Of a DNA stretch of 64,000 bases, positions 37,876 through 48,223 are shown in pieces (position 1 is the first letter of the stretch; each line of letters begins with the position of its first letter). Origin of the DNA: Candidatus Helarchaeota archaeon (GTDB taxonomy: Archaea; Asgardarchaeota; Lokiarchaeia; Helarchaeales; RDOG01); the NCBI GenBank assembly GCA_019058315.1, contig JAHPZH010000003.1, forward strand, positions 204,351-268,350. Direction: 5' to 3'. The notes beneath the pieces were generated by a model. The model worked only from the letters and a program-made list of their open reading frames with translations. It was not told the DNA's origin and ran no database searches. The position numbers were made by a program, and so were the translations under genes.

Positions 37876-38119
37876 TATTTACACCGAACATGTTCGTTAC
37901 TTTTTAGAAATTCTAATAATCTTGAAAAATTCATTATTTTTTTGAAATTCGAATAAGATTGTATACTTTTTATTAAATATAAAATTTTCTTCATACTCTT
38001 TAAACTAATAACTAATTAAATTTCACAAATTAATTTGCAATAATCCAATTTAAATTTATGATACAAAATAATTAGTTACTTATAATTCAAAATTTAATAT
38101 TTCAAAATTGTGATATATC

Positions 38120-39415
38120 ATGAAAGTCTATTTAGTTTCAATTCAATATGTTCCTAATATAACTGGAGGTGGAGGGGTTGTAGTTAAAGAACTCTCACGT
38201 GAACTTGTTGAAGCTGGAGATGATGTTACAGTTCTAACCATTGGTTTAAAAGATAAAGCAGAAGAAAATGTAGATTTAATTGATGAAACTGGAACCTTTA
38301 CAGTTAAAGTAAAACGTTTTTTTGTTTCAGATTCTAAAAAAATATCGAATCCATATGTTGGCACAAAGAGGGATGAGTTCAGAAGGTTTGAGGAATTAAC
38401 AGAGCAAATTTTCGAATATTTAAAAGATAAAGAAGGTGTCATTCATCTTCATGGTCATTATATCATTCCTGCATTAGCGAAATCAATTAAAGAAAAAGGG
38501 AAAAAAAATCCAACTTTAATATCTTTCCATGCATTAGAATCTGTGGCACTTGAAGCTAAAAATATTAAAGATGAATATGCATTAAATTACATTAAAGAAA
38601 GAGAAGAGATAGGATTAAAATACTGTGATTATGCAATAGTTAATAGCGGAAAAGTGGAAAAACAACTTAAAAAGATGTATCCCAGCACATTTTCTGATGA
38701 AAAAGTCAAAGTGATTCCAAATTATGTTTCTAATGAGCTTATTCATACGAAAAAGATATCAGATGAAGAGCTTTTACAAATAAGAAGAAAATATGGGTTA
38801 AGAGAAGATTCAAAAATAATATTTCATGTAGGAAGAATTGATAAAATCAAAGGAATTGAATATTTAATTGAAGCAATGGAAATTGTTTCTCCTAAATTTA
38901 AATCAAATATTACCATAGTTATTGCGGGATTTTTAGAGGAAAAACAAATGGATTATTTTAATTCTATTTCAAATTTGGCTAAAAAAATTATGAATAAATA
39001 TCCCAATATCGAGATAAAGTTCATTCCAAACATGGATGCTGAAGATAAGATTTACTTTTTTGATGATTGTGCATTTTTTTTAACTCCTGCAATATTAGAA
39101 CCCTTTGGTTTGACTACATTAGAAGCTTGGGCGAGGGGAAAAACGGTTATTAGAAGTGATAATGAAGGAAGTCGATATTTATTTGATATTAAGGGGGAGG
39201 TTTCTAAACCATTTGAAAAGAAAGATACAGGAATTATTGTCAACTTTGATTCTGATAGAAAGGAGAATTTAGCAGAAGCAATAATTTGGTTATTGAATAA
39301 TCCAAAAGAAGCGGAAAAAATGGGAGAATCAGGTAAGAAAGCAGTTTACGAAAAATATTCATGGAAAAATACGATAAAAATTTATCGAAATTTATATCAA
39401 TCAGCTACTGATTAA
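38120..39415 (+). CDS. GT4 family glycosyltransferase
   Basis: GGGGVVVKELS, VGRIDKIKG, EPFGLTTLEAW. Confidence 0.92.
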   Translation: MKVYLVSIQYVPNITGGGGVVVKELSRELVEAGDDVTVLTIGLKDKAEENVDLIDETGTFTVKVKRFFVSDSKKISNPYVGTKRDEFRRFEELTEQIFEYLKDKEGVIHLHGHYIIPALAKSIKEKGKKNPTLISFHALESVALEAKNIKDEYALNYIKEREEIGLKYCDYAIVNSGKVEKQLKKMYPSTFSDEKVKVIPNYVSNELIHTKKISDEELLQIRRKYGLREDSKIIFHVGRIDKIKGIEYLIEAMEIVSPKFKSNITIVIAGFLEEKQMDYFNSISNLAKKIMNKYPNIEIKFIPNMDAEDKIYFFDDCAFFLTPAILEPFGLTTLEAWARGKTVIRSDNEGSRYLFDIKGEVSKPFEKKDTGIIVNFDSDRKENLAEAIIWLLNNPKEAEKMGESGKKAVYEKYSWKNTIKIYRNLYQSATD

Positions 39416-39472
39416 GTTTCATTAAATATCCACTTTTTTTATAATATAAAATAACAAAAAATACATTATTAT

Positions 39473-40999
39473 TTAAGTTCCAGCAATTCTTTTGGGGTAT
39501 CGAGTTTGAGCTTTGAGATTTTCATGTAATAATTTATCTATTAATTCAAATTTCTTCTCTTTAAAATCAGGAATATACCACAAATTATTTAACTCATCTG
39601 GATCATTCTTTCTATCATAAATATCTCCATAATTTGGCAGACTTTCATAAACTGTCAATTTGTATTCTTCAGTTATCAAATGTCTTAATCTTGACTTAAG
39701 TGGACCTATCTCTTCATCATTTTCGATAAAACAACAATCTCTTATTTTCATCTTGGGGTCGTTTAAAATAGGTGTTATATCAAATCCTTGCATATCTGGT
39801 GGATGATACTTTTTTTCTATCCCTAATAGATTCAAAATGGTTTTTGGATAATCAATAGAGCTAATTAAAGAATTTGAAATACTCCCAGGTTTCGTTAATC
39901 CTGGAACTTTCCATATAGAAGGAATCTGTAGAACTCCATTAAAAGGACAAGGCCCTTTAAATAAAAGCCCATGGTCGCCCATTAGATCACCATGGTCGCT
40001 ATTATAGATTACAATTGTGTTATTCGAATGACCTAGGTCATTTAAAGAGGCTAATATTTGCCCTATACAAAAATCTACATAGGCTACTGAAGCATAAGTT
40101 AACGCAATGAATTTGCGTACCTCACTTTCAGTACTTTCCCTCAAAAATGCTCTTTTAAATGGTGGTTTTTTTAAATGTTCTCCCAAATATTTATGATTAT
40201 ACAAATTTTTAGCATCATTGAAACTTTTAGGGAGTATGACATCTTCAGGTTTATACATATCTTGAAATCTTTTAGGTGGATATACTGGATAATGTGGATC
40301 AGGAAATGAACAGTGTAAATAAAACGGTTTATCTCCATAATTACCCTTTGTATATCTTTCAAGAAAGGCGATACTGCGTTCCATAACATAAGTTGTATTA
40401 TAGCATTCTTCAGGAATTTCATCACAGAAAAGGTCAAATAAACTATCATAGTTAATTGCCCTTTTTTTAACCTCTTCAGCTACTTTAAGAGATTTTTCTT
40501 CTAACCATTCTATATAATGACCTGTGCAAATTGAACCGTTTCCTGTAACTAATTCGACTTCATCATATCCATAATAAGGGAGGGGAAAGTTTTCTCTTAC
40601 AGGGGCTTTTTTGGCTCTATCATCTATCCAGCTAGAGATATCTTCTGCAGATTTAATTTTACTAAAAAATGGAAACATCCAAAATTGATGATGAATTTTT
40701 CCAATAGCTGCTGTATGCCAATTATTATTATGCAAAGTCTGAGTTATAGTTGGAATATCTGGTTGTAAAATCATTCCATTACTCCTGACCCCATGAACAT
40801 TTGGATATAATCCTGTTATCATCGAAGCACGATTTGGCATACATATCGGATTTGTGCAAAAAGCATTTGTAAATCTAACACCCTGATTTGCTAATTTATC
40901 AAGGTTTGGTGTTTTCAAAATGGGATTTCCTGAACATCCCAAATGATCTGCACGATGTGCATCTGTAATTATAAATAAGACATTAAATTTTTCACTCAT
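39473..40999 (-). CDS. Sulfatase (formylglycine-dependent family)
   Basis: NVLFIITD, CMPNRAS (CxPxR), GKIH, DPHYP, SDHGD. Confidence 0.93.
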   Translation of the reverse strand: MSEKFNVLFIITDAHRADHLGCSGNPILKTPNLDKLANQGVRFTNAFCTNPICMPNRASMITGLYPNVHGVRSNGMILQPDIPTITQTLHNNNWHTAAIGKIHHQFWMFPFFSKIKSAEDISSWIDDRAKKAPVRENFPLPYYGYDEVELVTGNGSICTGHYIEWLEEKSLKVAEEVKKRAINYDSLFDLFCDEIPEECYNTTYVMERSIAFLERYTKGNYGDKPFYLHCSFPDPHYPVYPPKRFQDMYKPEDVILPKSFNDAKNLYNHKYLGEHLKKPPFKRAFLRESTESEVRKFIALTYASVAYVDFCIGQILASLNDLGHSNNTIVIYNSDHGDLMGDHGLLFKGPCPFNGVLQIPSIWKVPGLTKPGSISNSLISSIDYPKTILNLLGIEKKYHPPDMQGFDITPILNDPKMKIRDCCFIENDEEIGPLKSRLRHLITEEYKLTVYESLPNYGDIYDRKNDPDELNNLWYIPDFKEKKFELIDKLLHENLKAQTRYPKRIAGT

Positions 41000-41050
41000 T
41001 TATATCGATTCCTTAAGATTTCTTAATTTAATAAATTCTATCTAAATTAT

Positions 41051-41725
41051 TTACTCAATTTTTTGGATTATATAAAAAGCTGAAACAAAAATCTTTGGAT
41101 CAGCTTTAACCATATCTATCTCTTTTTGCTGTTTATTAAGTACTTTAAGAGCATCTGGATCACTATTATATTTTTTATATAATTGTTTAATTCGAATTTC
41201 GAGAGGACCATAATATTCTTCCCACCAAGCATCATCGGGTAATGAAAAGTGATTTAATAATTTATAACCACAACTACGTATCTCTTTAAATCCAGATTTC
41301 ACCCTTATAATATCATCATGTATAACCAAAAACCCTTTAGGTTTAAGTAACCGCTTCCATTCTATAAGACCTTTTGTGAAACCAATTATAAATATTGAAC
41401 CCTCGGCCCAAACAATATCAAAACTTTCATCTGGAAATTTTATATCAAATAAAGAACAATTTAAAGCCTTTATTCGATTTGAAAACCCTGCCTCTTCAAT
41501 TTTTTTATTTAATCTATCTAAGAGAGATTGGTTAATATCAATTCCAATTATTTCACCATTACTTAACTTAGCTAATTCAATGGTTTGAACACCCGATCCG
41601 CAACCTATGTCAAGAATTCGTGGTTTATCTAATTTAGGGAGTATTTGAAATGCTTTTCTTGTATATTTAAGAAAATTTTTTCTAAAATAATCTAGATTTA
41701 TTTCAAATAATACATCACTAGACAT
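41051..41725 (-). CDS. Class I SAM-dependent methyltransferase
   Basis: ILDIGCGSG; FDIVWAEGS; LLKPKG. Confidence 0.92.
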   Translation of the reverse strand: MSSDVLFEINLDYFRKNFLKYTRKAFQILPKLDKPRILDIGCGSGVQTIELAKLSNGEIIGIDINQSLLDRLNKKIEEAGFSNRIKALNCSLFDIKFPDESFDIVWAEGSIFIIGFTKGLIEWKRLLKPKGFLVIHDDIIRVKSGFKEIRSCGYKLLNHFSLPDDAWWEEYYGPLEIRIKQLYKKYNSDPDALKVLNKQQKEIDMVKADPKIFVSAFYIIQKIE

Positions 41726-41767
41726 TAATTATCAGCTGATTATATCTGCGTTAAAAAAAAATGAGAT

Positions 41768-43498
41768 TTATAATTGAATGCCTAATTGCATCAATAATTT
41801 CCTAACCTCTGGGATTTTAAAGTCGATGAGGATATCAAGTACTGCTGGCACATTTGAATCTATTGCTCGCTTAATTGCTGGACTAATTTCATTAGGATCA
41901 GTAATTCTTTCCCCGTAACATCCAAATCCCTTTGCAATATCCGCATAATTGGTTTTAGGATCTAAATCTGTATCAATAAATCTTTTATCGAACGTTATTT
42001 TTTGAACTCCTTTAATCATACCCCAAGCTGAATTGTTTGCAATGAAACAGAGAAATGGAGTATTTAACCTTACAGCTGTTTCTAACTCTTGAACATTAAA
42101 GAGAAAGCTTCCATCCCCGACTATCATTACAACTTGTTTATCGGGATGGGCTAATTTAGCTCCAATTGCATAAGGGATTGAAGTCCCGAGATGTCCCATT
42201 CCAACGGAAAACATTGTAGTTTTAGGAAATCTCGGATTGTAAAAATCAATCTGTGATAAAGTATGAAATACAATATCTCCTCCATCCAATATTATTATAG
42301 CATCTTTATCTAGATTTTCAAGTACATTTTTTAAGAATGTTTCTGGTCTCATTGGTGTTTTTATCTTCAAAGCTCGTTTATTTATTGATTCTATATTGTT
42401 TTTCCGGATTTTAACTAAGTTTTGCAGCCATTCAGTTTCTTCCTTTTTACTAGTTCGTTTTTTTACTTCTTCTAAGATTTGTTTCAATACTGCTTTACAA
42501 TCCCCAACAATAGGAAGGTCGATTTTTCTATTGACACCTATCATTGCGGGATCGATATCGACTTGTATTGTTACAATTTCATCACGCCAAATAGGTGCTG
42601 ATCCATAACCAACAGTATAAGAAAATTTACTACCAAATGCCATAACAAAATCAGTCTCTTGAATTGCACTAAATACTGGGGGTGCATTTAAAGTGATGCC
42701 TAAAAAAGTCTTTTTATCACTCGATATCGCACCAATTCCCATCATTGTTGTAAAAGCAGGTATTTTAAGATATTCTGATAATTCTTGAAATTCTGACCAA
42801 GCATTTGCATTGATAACCCCACCACCGGCAATTAGGAGAGGTTTTTTAGCATTTAATAATAAATCAACAGCTTGTTTTATTAAAATAGGATCAGCTTCAT
42901 TTTTACCAGTAAATCTATAAAACTCTGGTTTATAAAATTCAAATTTTTTATCAGTTTCAGCATATAATGCATCTTTAGTAATTTCAATAAAAACTGGTCC
43001 TGGACGCCCACCTAAAGCTTGACGATATGCTTTTCTAATCGCATCTGGAATTTTATCTATATTACGCACTTTTATTTGATATTTTGTTATTGGTCTGAAT
43101 AAACTAATCTGATCTAGTCCAGATTGAAAGGCGAATTTATCATCAAGGGCTTCTAATTTTGAAGGGGCAATTACAATTAGAGGAATATTATCACTATTTG
43201 CTGCTGCAACAGCTGGAACCATATGTGTTGCTCCGGGTCCGACAGTCCCCATACAAACTCCGGGTATATTTGAAACACGTGACCATGAATCGGCTGCATG
43301 AGCAGCTCCTTGCTCGTGTCTGAACATTATAGTATCTATACCTTCCTCACGACCCCATCTATAGATTGCATCATAGATGGTTAAAAGTTCACCACCTACT
43401 AATCCAAAAATATATCTAACACCTTCAGCTTGAAGACATTTAACTATTAACTCTCCACCGGTTAATACTTCTTTTTTTTCATTTATTTCCTTACTCAA
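41768..43498 (-). CDS. Thiamine pyrophosphate-dependent enzyme (acetolactate synthase / 2-hydroxyacyl-CoA lyase-like)
   Basis: RHEQGAAHAAD, GPGATH, GRPGPVFIE, GDGSF...NNSAWG. Confidence 0.93.
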   Translation of the reverse strand: MSKEINEKKEVLTGGELIVKCLQAEGVRYIFGLVGGELLTIYDAIYRWGREEGIDTIMFRHEQGAAHAADSWSRVSNIPGVCMGTVGPGATHMVPAVAAANSDNIPLIVIAPSKLEALDDKFAFQSGLDQISLFRPITKYQIKVRNIDKIPDAIRKAYRQALGGRPGPVFIEITKDALYAETDKKFEFYKPEFYRFTGKNEADPILIKQAVDLLLNAKKPLLIAGGGVINANAWSEFQELSEYLKIPAFTTMMGIGAISSDKKTFLGITLNAPPVFSAIQETDFVMAFGSKFSYTVGYGSAPIWRDEIVTIQVDIDPAMIGVNRKIDLPIVGDCKAVLKQILEEVKKRTSKKEETEWLQNLVKIRKNNIESINKRALKIKTPMRPETFLKNVLENLDKDAIIILDGGDIVFHTLSQIDFYNPRFPKTTMFSVGMGHLGTSIPYAIGAKLAHPDKQVVMIVGDGSFLFNVQELETAVRLNTPFLCFIANNSAWGMIKGVQKITFDKRFIDTDLDPKTNYADIAKGFGCYGERITDPNEISPAIKRAIDSNVPAVLDILIDFKIPEVRKLLMQLGIQL

Positions 43499-44289
43499 GT
43501 TATCATTCCTCCGGATATTCTAAAATCATTACCAGTAATCCAATCAGCATCCTTGGATGCTAAAAAACAAATAAGTCCTGCCACATCTTTTGGTAATCCC
43601 ACTTTTTGATGTTTTAATGGGACAACTCCCCCAAAACCCGCAATTTGCTCGGCAGTAACATTTGATCCCCAAATTCCTGTTAATATAGTCCCGGGAAGGA
43701 CCGCATTAACGGTTATACGGCGACTCCCCAATTCCAAAGCTAATGATTTTGTAAGTGCTATCACTCCAGCTTTAGAAGCTGAATACGCGGACATCTTCGC
43801 CTTGGGGATTTTACCTCTCATGCTTGCAACATTGATAATTTTTCCTCGGATAGGTGATTCTTCTGTATGAGGATTTTTTACCATACTTTTCAGAAAGTAT
43901 TTACACATTAGAAAAGTACCACGTAAATTAACATCAATTATTCTATCCCATTGTTCAATTGGAATACTCATTAAGCTAGATATGCTATTTGCTCCGATTC
44001 CGGCGTTATTAACTAAAATATCCACCTGTTTAAACCTTTCAATTGATTTTTGAACAAAATTATTAACATCTTCTTTTTTTGAAATATCACCTATTATAGT
44101 CAATACTTCTTTATTCATCTTTTTTATTTCAGATTCGGTACTTTCTGCATTTTCCTTATTCATATCTATATTAACTATATTTGCTCCTTCTTCTGCAAAC
44201 CTTAATGCTGTTGCTTTTCCTATGCCACTACCACTTCCAGTAATTACCACAGTTTTTCCTACAAATCTATTCAAATTCAACAGAATCAC
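43495..44289 (-). CDS. Short-chain dehydrogenase/reductase
   Basis: TGSGSGIG, NNAG, YSASK; 4-bp overlap with the TPP enzyme gene. Confidence 0.94.
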   Translation of the reverse strand: MILLNLNRFVGKTVVITGSGSGIGKATALRFAEEGANIVNIDMNKENAESTESEIKKMNKEVLTIIGDISKKEDVNNFVQKSIERFKQVDILVNNAGIGANSISSLMSIPIEQWDRIIDVNLRGTFLMCKYFLKSMVKNPHTEESPIRGKIINVASMRGKIPKAKMSAYSASKAGVIALTKSLALELGSRRITVNAVLPGTILTGIWGSNVTAEQIAGFGGVVPLKHQKVGLPKDVAGLICFLASKDADWITGNDFRISGGMIT

Positions 44290-44545
44290 TTAATCAATCT
44301 ATATTTCAATTTTAAAATAAATTTAGAAAATAATTATACTTTATAAAACAATAATAAATAAGATACTGTTTCAATTGAAATCATCTTATTACTAAGAGAG
44401 GATATTATTTTTCATAAGATTTAAAGCTCTAATTGAGGAAAAATTCAAGTTCTCAAAATTTTCTTCTTTTTAATTAATTATTTCCCTTCGTAAAAAAAGA
44501 TTTTAATTTGAAAATATGAATATATGATCAATAAAAAAAAGGTTA

Positions 44546-44971
44546 TTGATTAAATTGCCACAAATTGAAGTAAAAAAAGAGATGAAAGCAACTGCAAAGA
44601 CGATTTATGATATATTAGATGATACAATGGATATGGCTAAGTGGAATCTTGTGGTTAGAGAAGTAGAGGAGCTCGAACCTGATAAAAAATATTTCCTAAA
44701 AACAAATGTTGGCGATATTACGGCTACAAGGACTGAAAGTGTTCCAAATGAAAAAATTTCTACATCTCAAGTAGGTAGTCCAATGACTGAGATGGGCTAT
44801 ATTTTGAAATCAAAAGGTGATACTACAGAGGTTACAATTTGGGGAAAATTCGATGATCCAGGACAGGAACAAATGTTAATGATAGCAGGTGACGTATTTC
44901 TAAAAAGTCTAAAGAAATACTCAGAATACATTGAAGCTGGCGGAGATCCAAAGGAATTCAAGAAAAAATAA
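44546..44971 (+). CDS. SRPBCC/START-like protein
   Basis: IYDILDD..DMAKWN..V.EVE...VPNEKI..TEVTIW pattern. Confidence 0.72.
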   Translation: MIKLPQIEVKKEMKATAKTIYDILDDTMDMAKWNLVVREVEELEPDKKYFLKTNVGDITATRTESVPNEKISTSQVGSPMTEMGYILKSKGDTTEVTIWGKFDDPGQEQMLMIAGDVFLKSLKKYSEYIEAGGDPKEFKKK

Positions 44972-45018
44972 GCAAATAATAATTTAAATTCCTATTCTAT
45001 TTTTTATTTTTCAATTTT

Positions 45019-45693
45019 TTATAAAACTGAAATATCCAAAAACCAATATCCATCCTTAAATTTCTTTTCTTTTTTCTCAAGATTAATTGGATAGGAAAAT
45101 GTCGGCCCATCTGTAACAATGGTGTGATATTCACCAATTTCTCCTGATAAATCGATGCCAGTAGTTTCTAACTCTGCAATAACTTCCTTATTTAAGGTCT
45201 TACCTAAGAAATTCTTATCTAATTTATCTTCTTTGATTACTATAATGGTGGCTTTAAATCCAAGATCAAGTAGTTCTCCGAGTAGTTCTTTCCTTGATCT
45301 TTTCCAAAGTGGTAGAAATGGTTTGATATTAGCATAGGAACAAACACGTTCGACCCATTCGCGGTGCTCATCGATATCTATATCGCCAAAAATTCCTACT
45401 TCTATTCCCTCCTTTTGAAATTCTTGAAGAGCAGAAATAAAATTTGCCTCATAATCATCCCAAGATGTAGATCGAGTAACAAGAGGAATACCTAAGGCTT
45501 TGGTTTGTTTTTGAAGCGAATCAAATGAGATTCCGTGAGATCTTGACCTTTTTCCATCTTCTCTTAACATATTCAAGAGATATCTTGGGCGACCTCCCAT
45601 TTTAATGGCATGATAAAGTGAAAGCGAAGAGTCTTTTCCACCGCTCCATGAACAAAAGAAGGAAAAATTTTCTTTCATTATTCTATCACTCAT
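45019..45693 (-). CDS. Diphthine-ammonia ligase-like (Dph6/MJ0570) ATP pyrophosphatase
   Basis: SWSGGKDS, FGDID, PLWK, GEIGEYHT.VTDGP. Confidence 0.88.
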   Translation of the reverse strand: MSDRIMKENFSFFCSWSGGKDSSLSLYHAIKMGGRPRYLLNMLREDGKRSRSHGISFDSLQKQTKALGIPLVTRSTSWDDYEANFISALQEFQKEGIEVGIFGDIDIDEHREWVERVCSYANIKPFLPLWKRSRKELLGELLDLGFKATIIVIKEDKLDKNFLGKTLNKEVIAELETTGIDLSGEIGEYHTIVTDGPTFSYPINLEKKEKKFKDGYWFLDISVL

Positions 45694-46430
45694 TTAGTAG
45701 CTATTGCTATTAGTCTTCTTGCATTATTATCGTATGGATTTCTATTTAAATCCCCTATTAATTCTACTGATTTAAACCCAGATTTATATAACGATTTAGC
45801 TATTTCTGATCCTGAATAAAGACGATGTGTGAAAGTAAATTCTTTCCGAATATTGTTTTTGATCATTATCCATCGATTCCTTATCTTACTCCAATTTTCA
45901 ATAGGCTTACTATCCATCAAATATAAAACTCCATCCTCCTCAACCCAGCTTTTTTCAGTAAAAATAGGAGCCAGAGTCTCTTTTCCTACTAGATCTAATA
46001 GGAATTTTCCACCAGATTTTAGAGACAAATAAATATTCTTTAATACCTTCTCATCATCTTCTTGATTTTCAAAGTAGCCAAATGAAGTAAACAGATTTAA
46101 AATTATGTCAAAAGTATTTGGTTTACAAAAATTTCTCATATCTGCTTGCAAAAATTCTGCATTCAGGCCTTCATTTTTTACTTGATTGCGTGCTTTCTCT
46201 AAATATTTCAAAGTCCTATCTACACCTAATATTTTATAGCCTCTACGTGCAAACTCTAAAGAATGCCTTCCAGGACCACAACATAGATCTAATATATATG
46301 CATCTTGAGCAATTTCAAGCAAAGAAATAATTTTTTCTACTTCTTTGGGAGCTCTATCCCAATGATCTTTGCTGAATATTTTAGAGGACATAGTTTCCCA
46401 GAACTCATCATCTTCATACCAATGCTTCAT
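45690..46430 (-). CDS. Class I SAM-dependent methyltransferase
   Basis: ILDLCCGPGRHS, DMR, FTSFGYF; ATGA overlap with the Dph6-like gene. Confidence 0.92.
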   Translation of the reverse strand: MKHWYEDDEFWETMSSKIFSKDHWDRAPKEVEKIISLLEIAQDAYILDLCCGPGRHSLEFARRGYKILGVDRTLKYLEKARNQVKNEGLNAEFLQADMRNFCKPNTFDIILNLFTSFGYFENQEDDEKVLKNIYLSLKSGGKFLLDLVGKETLAPIFTEKSWVEEDGVLYLMDSKPIENWSKIRNRWIMIKNNIRKEFTFTHRLYSGSEIAKSLYKSGFKSVELIGDLNRNPYDNNARRLIAIATK

Positions 46431-46488
46431 TTTAATATCTCCAACCTTTCACATTTTTTAATAAATATATTTTACAAAACCTCAGATT

Positions 46489-47397
46489 CTAGGGATTTTC
46501 TTTTATAAAATCTTTAATTATTTCAATAATCTCATCTGGAGCGTCTTCTTGTAAGAAATGACCTGCGTTTTCAATTTCATAACATTTAGTACCAGGATAG
46601 ATTTTATTCCATACTTCTATGATTTTCGGAGGAAATATTCTATCTTTCATACCCCAAATAAGAATTTTAGGTTTATCATTTAATAAACCCAAATTATCTC
46701 TAATTTCTTGCATAATTTTTGAACTTGGATGGTTATCACCTTTTGGAATATCCTTGGGAAATGCCATTGCACCAATACAAGATTCTTTATTGGGAAATGG
46801 AGCCGTATAAGCTTTTTTTAGCATCTTTTTTTCCTCGCGAGGTATTTTTCTAGCTAAAGTTCCCAACATTATCTGTGGTATAAAGGCTTTCATATTTCCC
46901 ATTAATTGATCATAAGTACCATCTTCTACCATGGATTCAAACCATAATCTTCTATGCGCTTTTGCCACACCTACAGATGTATTCATAATAACTAACCGTT
47001 TTACACGTTCTGGATTGCGAGTTGCAAAGCCAAATGAAATAGGACCACCCCAATCTTGAAAAATAAACGTAATGTTATTTAGATCCAATTCAAGGAGTAG
47101 TTCTGTAAGATTATCAACATGTTGAGCTAATAGATATGGCTTATTTTGAGGTATTTCACTTTTTCCAAACCCCATATGATCTGGAACAATTATTCGGTGA
47201 GATTCTGACAGTTTCGTGATAAATTTCCTATATAAATAACCCCAAGTCGGTTCACCGTGAACACATACAATTGGTTCACCTTCTCCTTCATCCACATAAT
47301 GCATTTGAAATCCATTGATCTCTTTATAATGAGGCTTAAATAGGAATGTTCCATTAAAGGCTTCGTTCATTATCGATTTTGCCATTTTATTCACCAA
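46489..47397 (-). CDS. Haloalkane dehalogenase-like alpha/beta hydrolase
   Basis: HYVDEG, HGEPTW, PDHMGFGKS, QDWGG nucleophile elbow, GHFLQED. Confidence 0.9.
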   Translation of the reverse strand: MVNKMAKSIMNEAFNGTFLFKPHYKEINGFQMHYVDEGEGEPIVCVHGEPTWGYLYRKFITKLSESHRIIVPDHMGFGKSEIPQNKPYLLAQHVDNLTELLLELDLNNITFIFQDWGGPISFGFATRNPERVKRLVIMNTSVGVAKAHRRLWFESMVEDGTYDQLMGNMKAFIPQIMLGTLARKIPREEKKMLKKAYTAPFPNKESCIGAMAFPKDIPKGDNHPSSKIMQEIRDNLGLLNDKPKILIWGMKDRIFPPKIIEVWNKIYPGTKCYEIENAGHFLQEDAPDEIIEIIKDFIKENP

Positions 47398-47489
47398 TTA
47401 ATTAAAAGAATTATAATAAATAAATAAAAAAATTAAAAAAATTAAATAGAGCAAAAATTTATAAAAAAGAACCAATTAAAAGATTTTAA

Positions 47490-47954
47490 TTAGCCTTCAA
47501 GCTCTTTGACAATTTTCGCGACTGTGCGTTTCATATCAAGAAAAATAAGCCCTAATTTTACATTTTTTGAAGCAGATACGGTTAAAACTGCGTTTTCACC
47601 CGCAGCCATGGATATTAGATACCCATCAGAGCCTCTAATCATAACTTGTTCCAGTTCCCCTTTCATTAACTCCGCAGCTGCTCTCTCACCCAAACTTAAC
47701 ATTGCAGCTGTCATGGCTGCTACCCTAGCCTCATCTACATCTCTTGGTAATGCAGATGCAATAGGGAGCCCTTCAGCACTCACAATCGCAGCAGCCTCTA
47801 TTTCGGGGATTGAGGATTCTAGATCCTTGAGTATTTTAGTTAATTTCTCCGGTTTATCACCAGTAGGAACAATACCAAAACTAAAATCCATCGGTCCACC
47901 GGGAGCGTCCGGCACTTTCATTGGAGGCGGTTCCATTTCTTTCCTAATCCTCAA
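47490..47954 (-). CDS. Roadblock/LC7 (MglB-like) protein with Pro-rich N-terminal extension
   Basis: IEAAAIVSAEGLPIASAL..DEARVAAMTAAMLSLGERAA.EL.KG.LEQV...KLGLIFLDM. Confidence 0.93.
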   Translation of the reverse strand: MRIRKEMEPPPMKVPDAPGGPMDFSFGIVPTGDKPEKLTKILKDLESSIPEIEAAAIVSAEGLPIASALPRDVDEARVAAMTAAMLSLGERAAAELMKGELEQVMIRGSDGYLISMAAGENAVLTVSASKNVKLGLIFLDMKRTVAKIVKELEG

Positions 47955-48223
47955 AATTATGGGAACTTTAAATTATAATGAAGTATATTTCTCTACTTTT
48001 AAATTATTTTTTTTTCTGATATTTAAATATATTTAACTCAATTCTTCCTATATTTTTTTTACTATTATCTAAGAGTTCATTCTTTTAAAATAATATCCAT
48101 CCTAATAAGAAAAAAATATTATTTTAATTAATATCCCGCTATTCTCGGTTAATATTCTAAAAAAAATTGAATGTAAATTTTTTAATAAATTAAAATTTTA
48201 AAAGAAAGAAAAATAATAATAGA

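Noticed and set aside
47506-48036. 176-aa plus-strand ORF, and the many other short ORFs nested antisense or out of frame in longer genes
   Set aside because: They overlap well-supported genes and have no recognisable motifs; treated as shadows.
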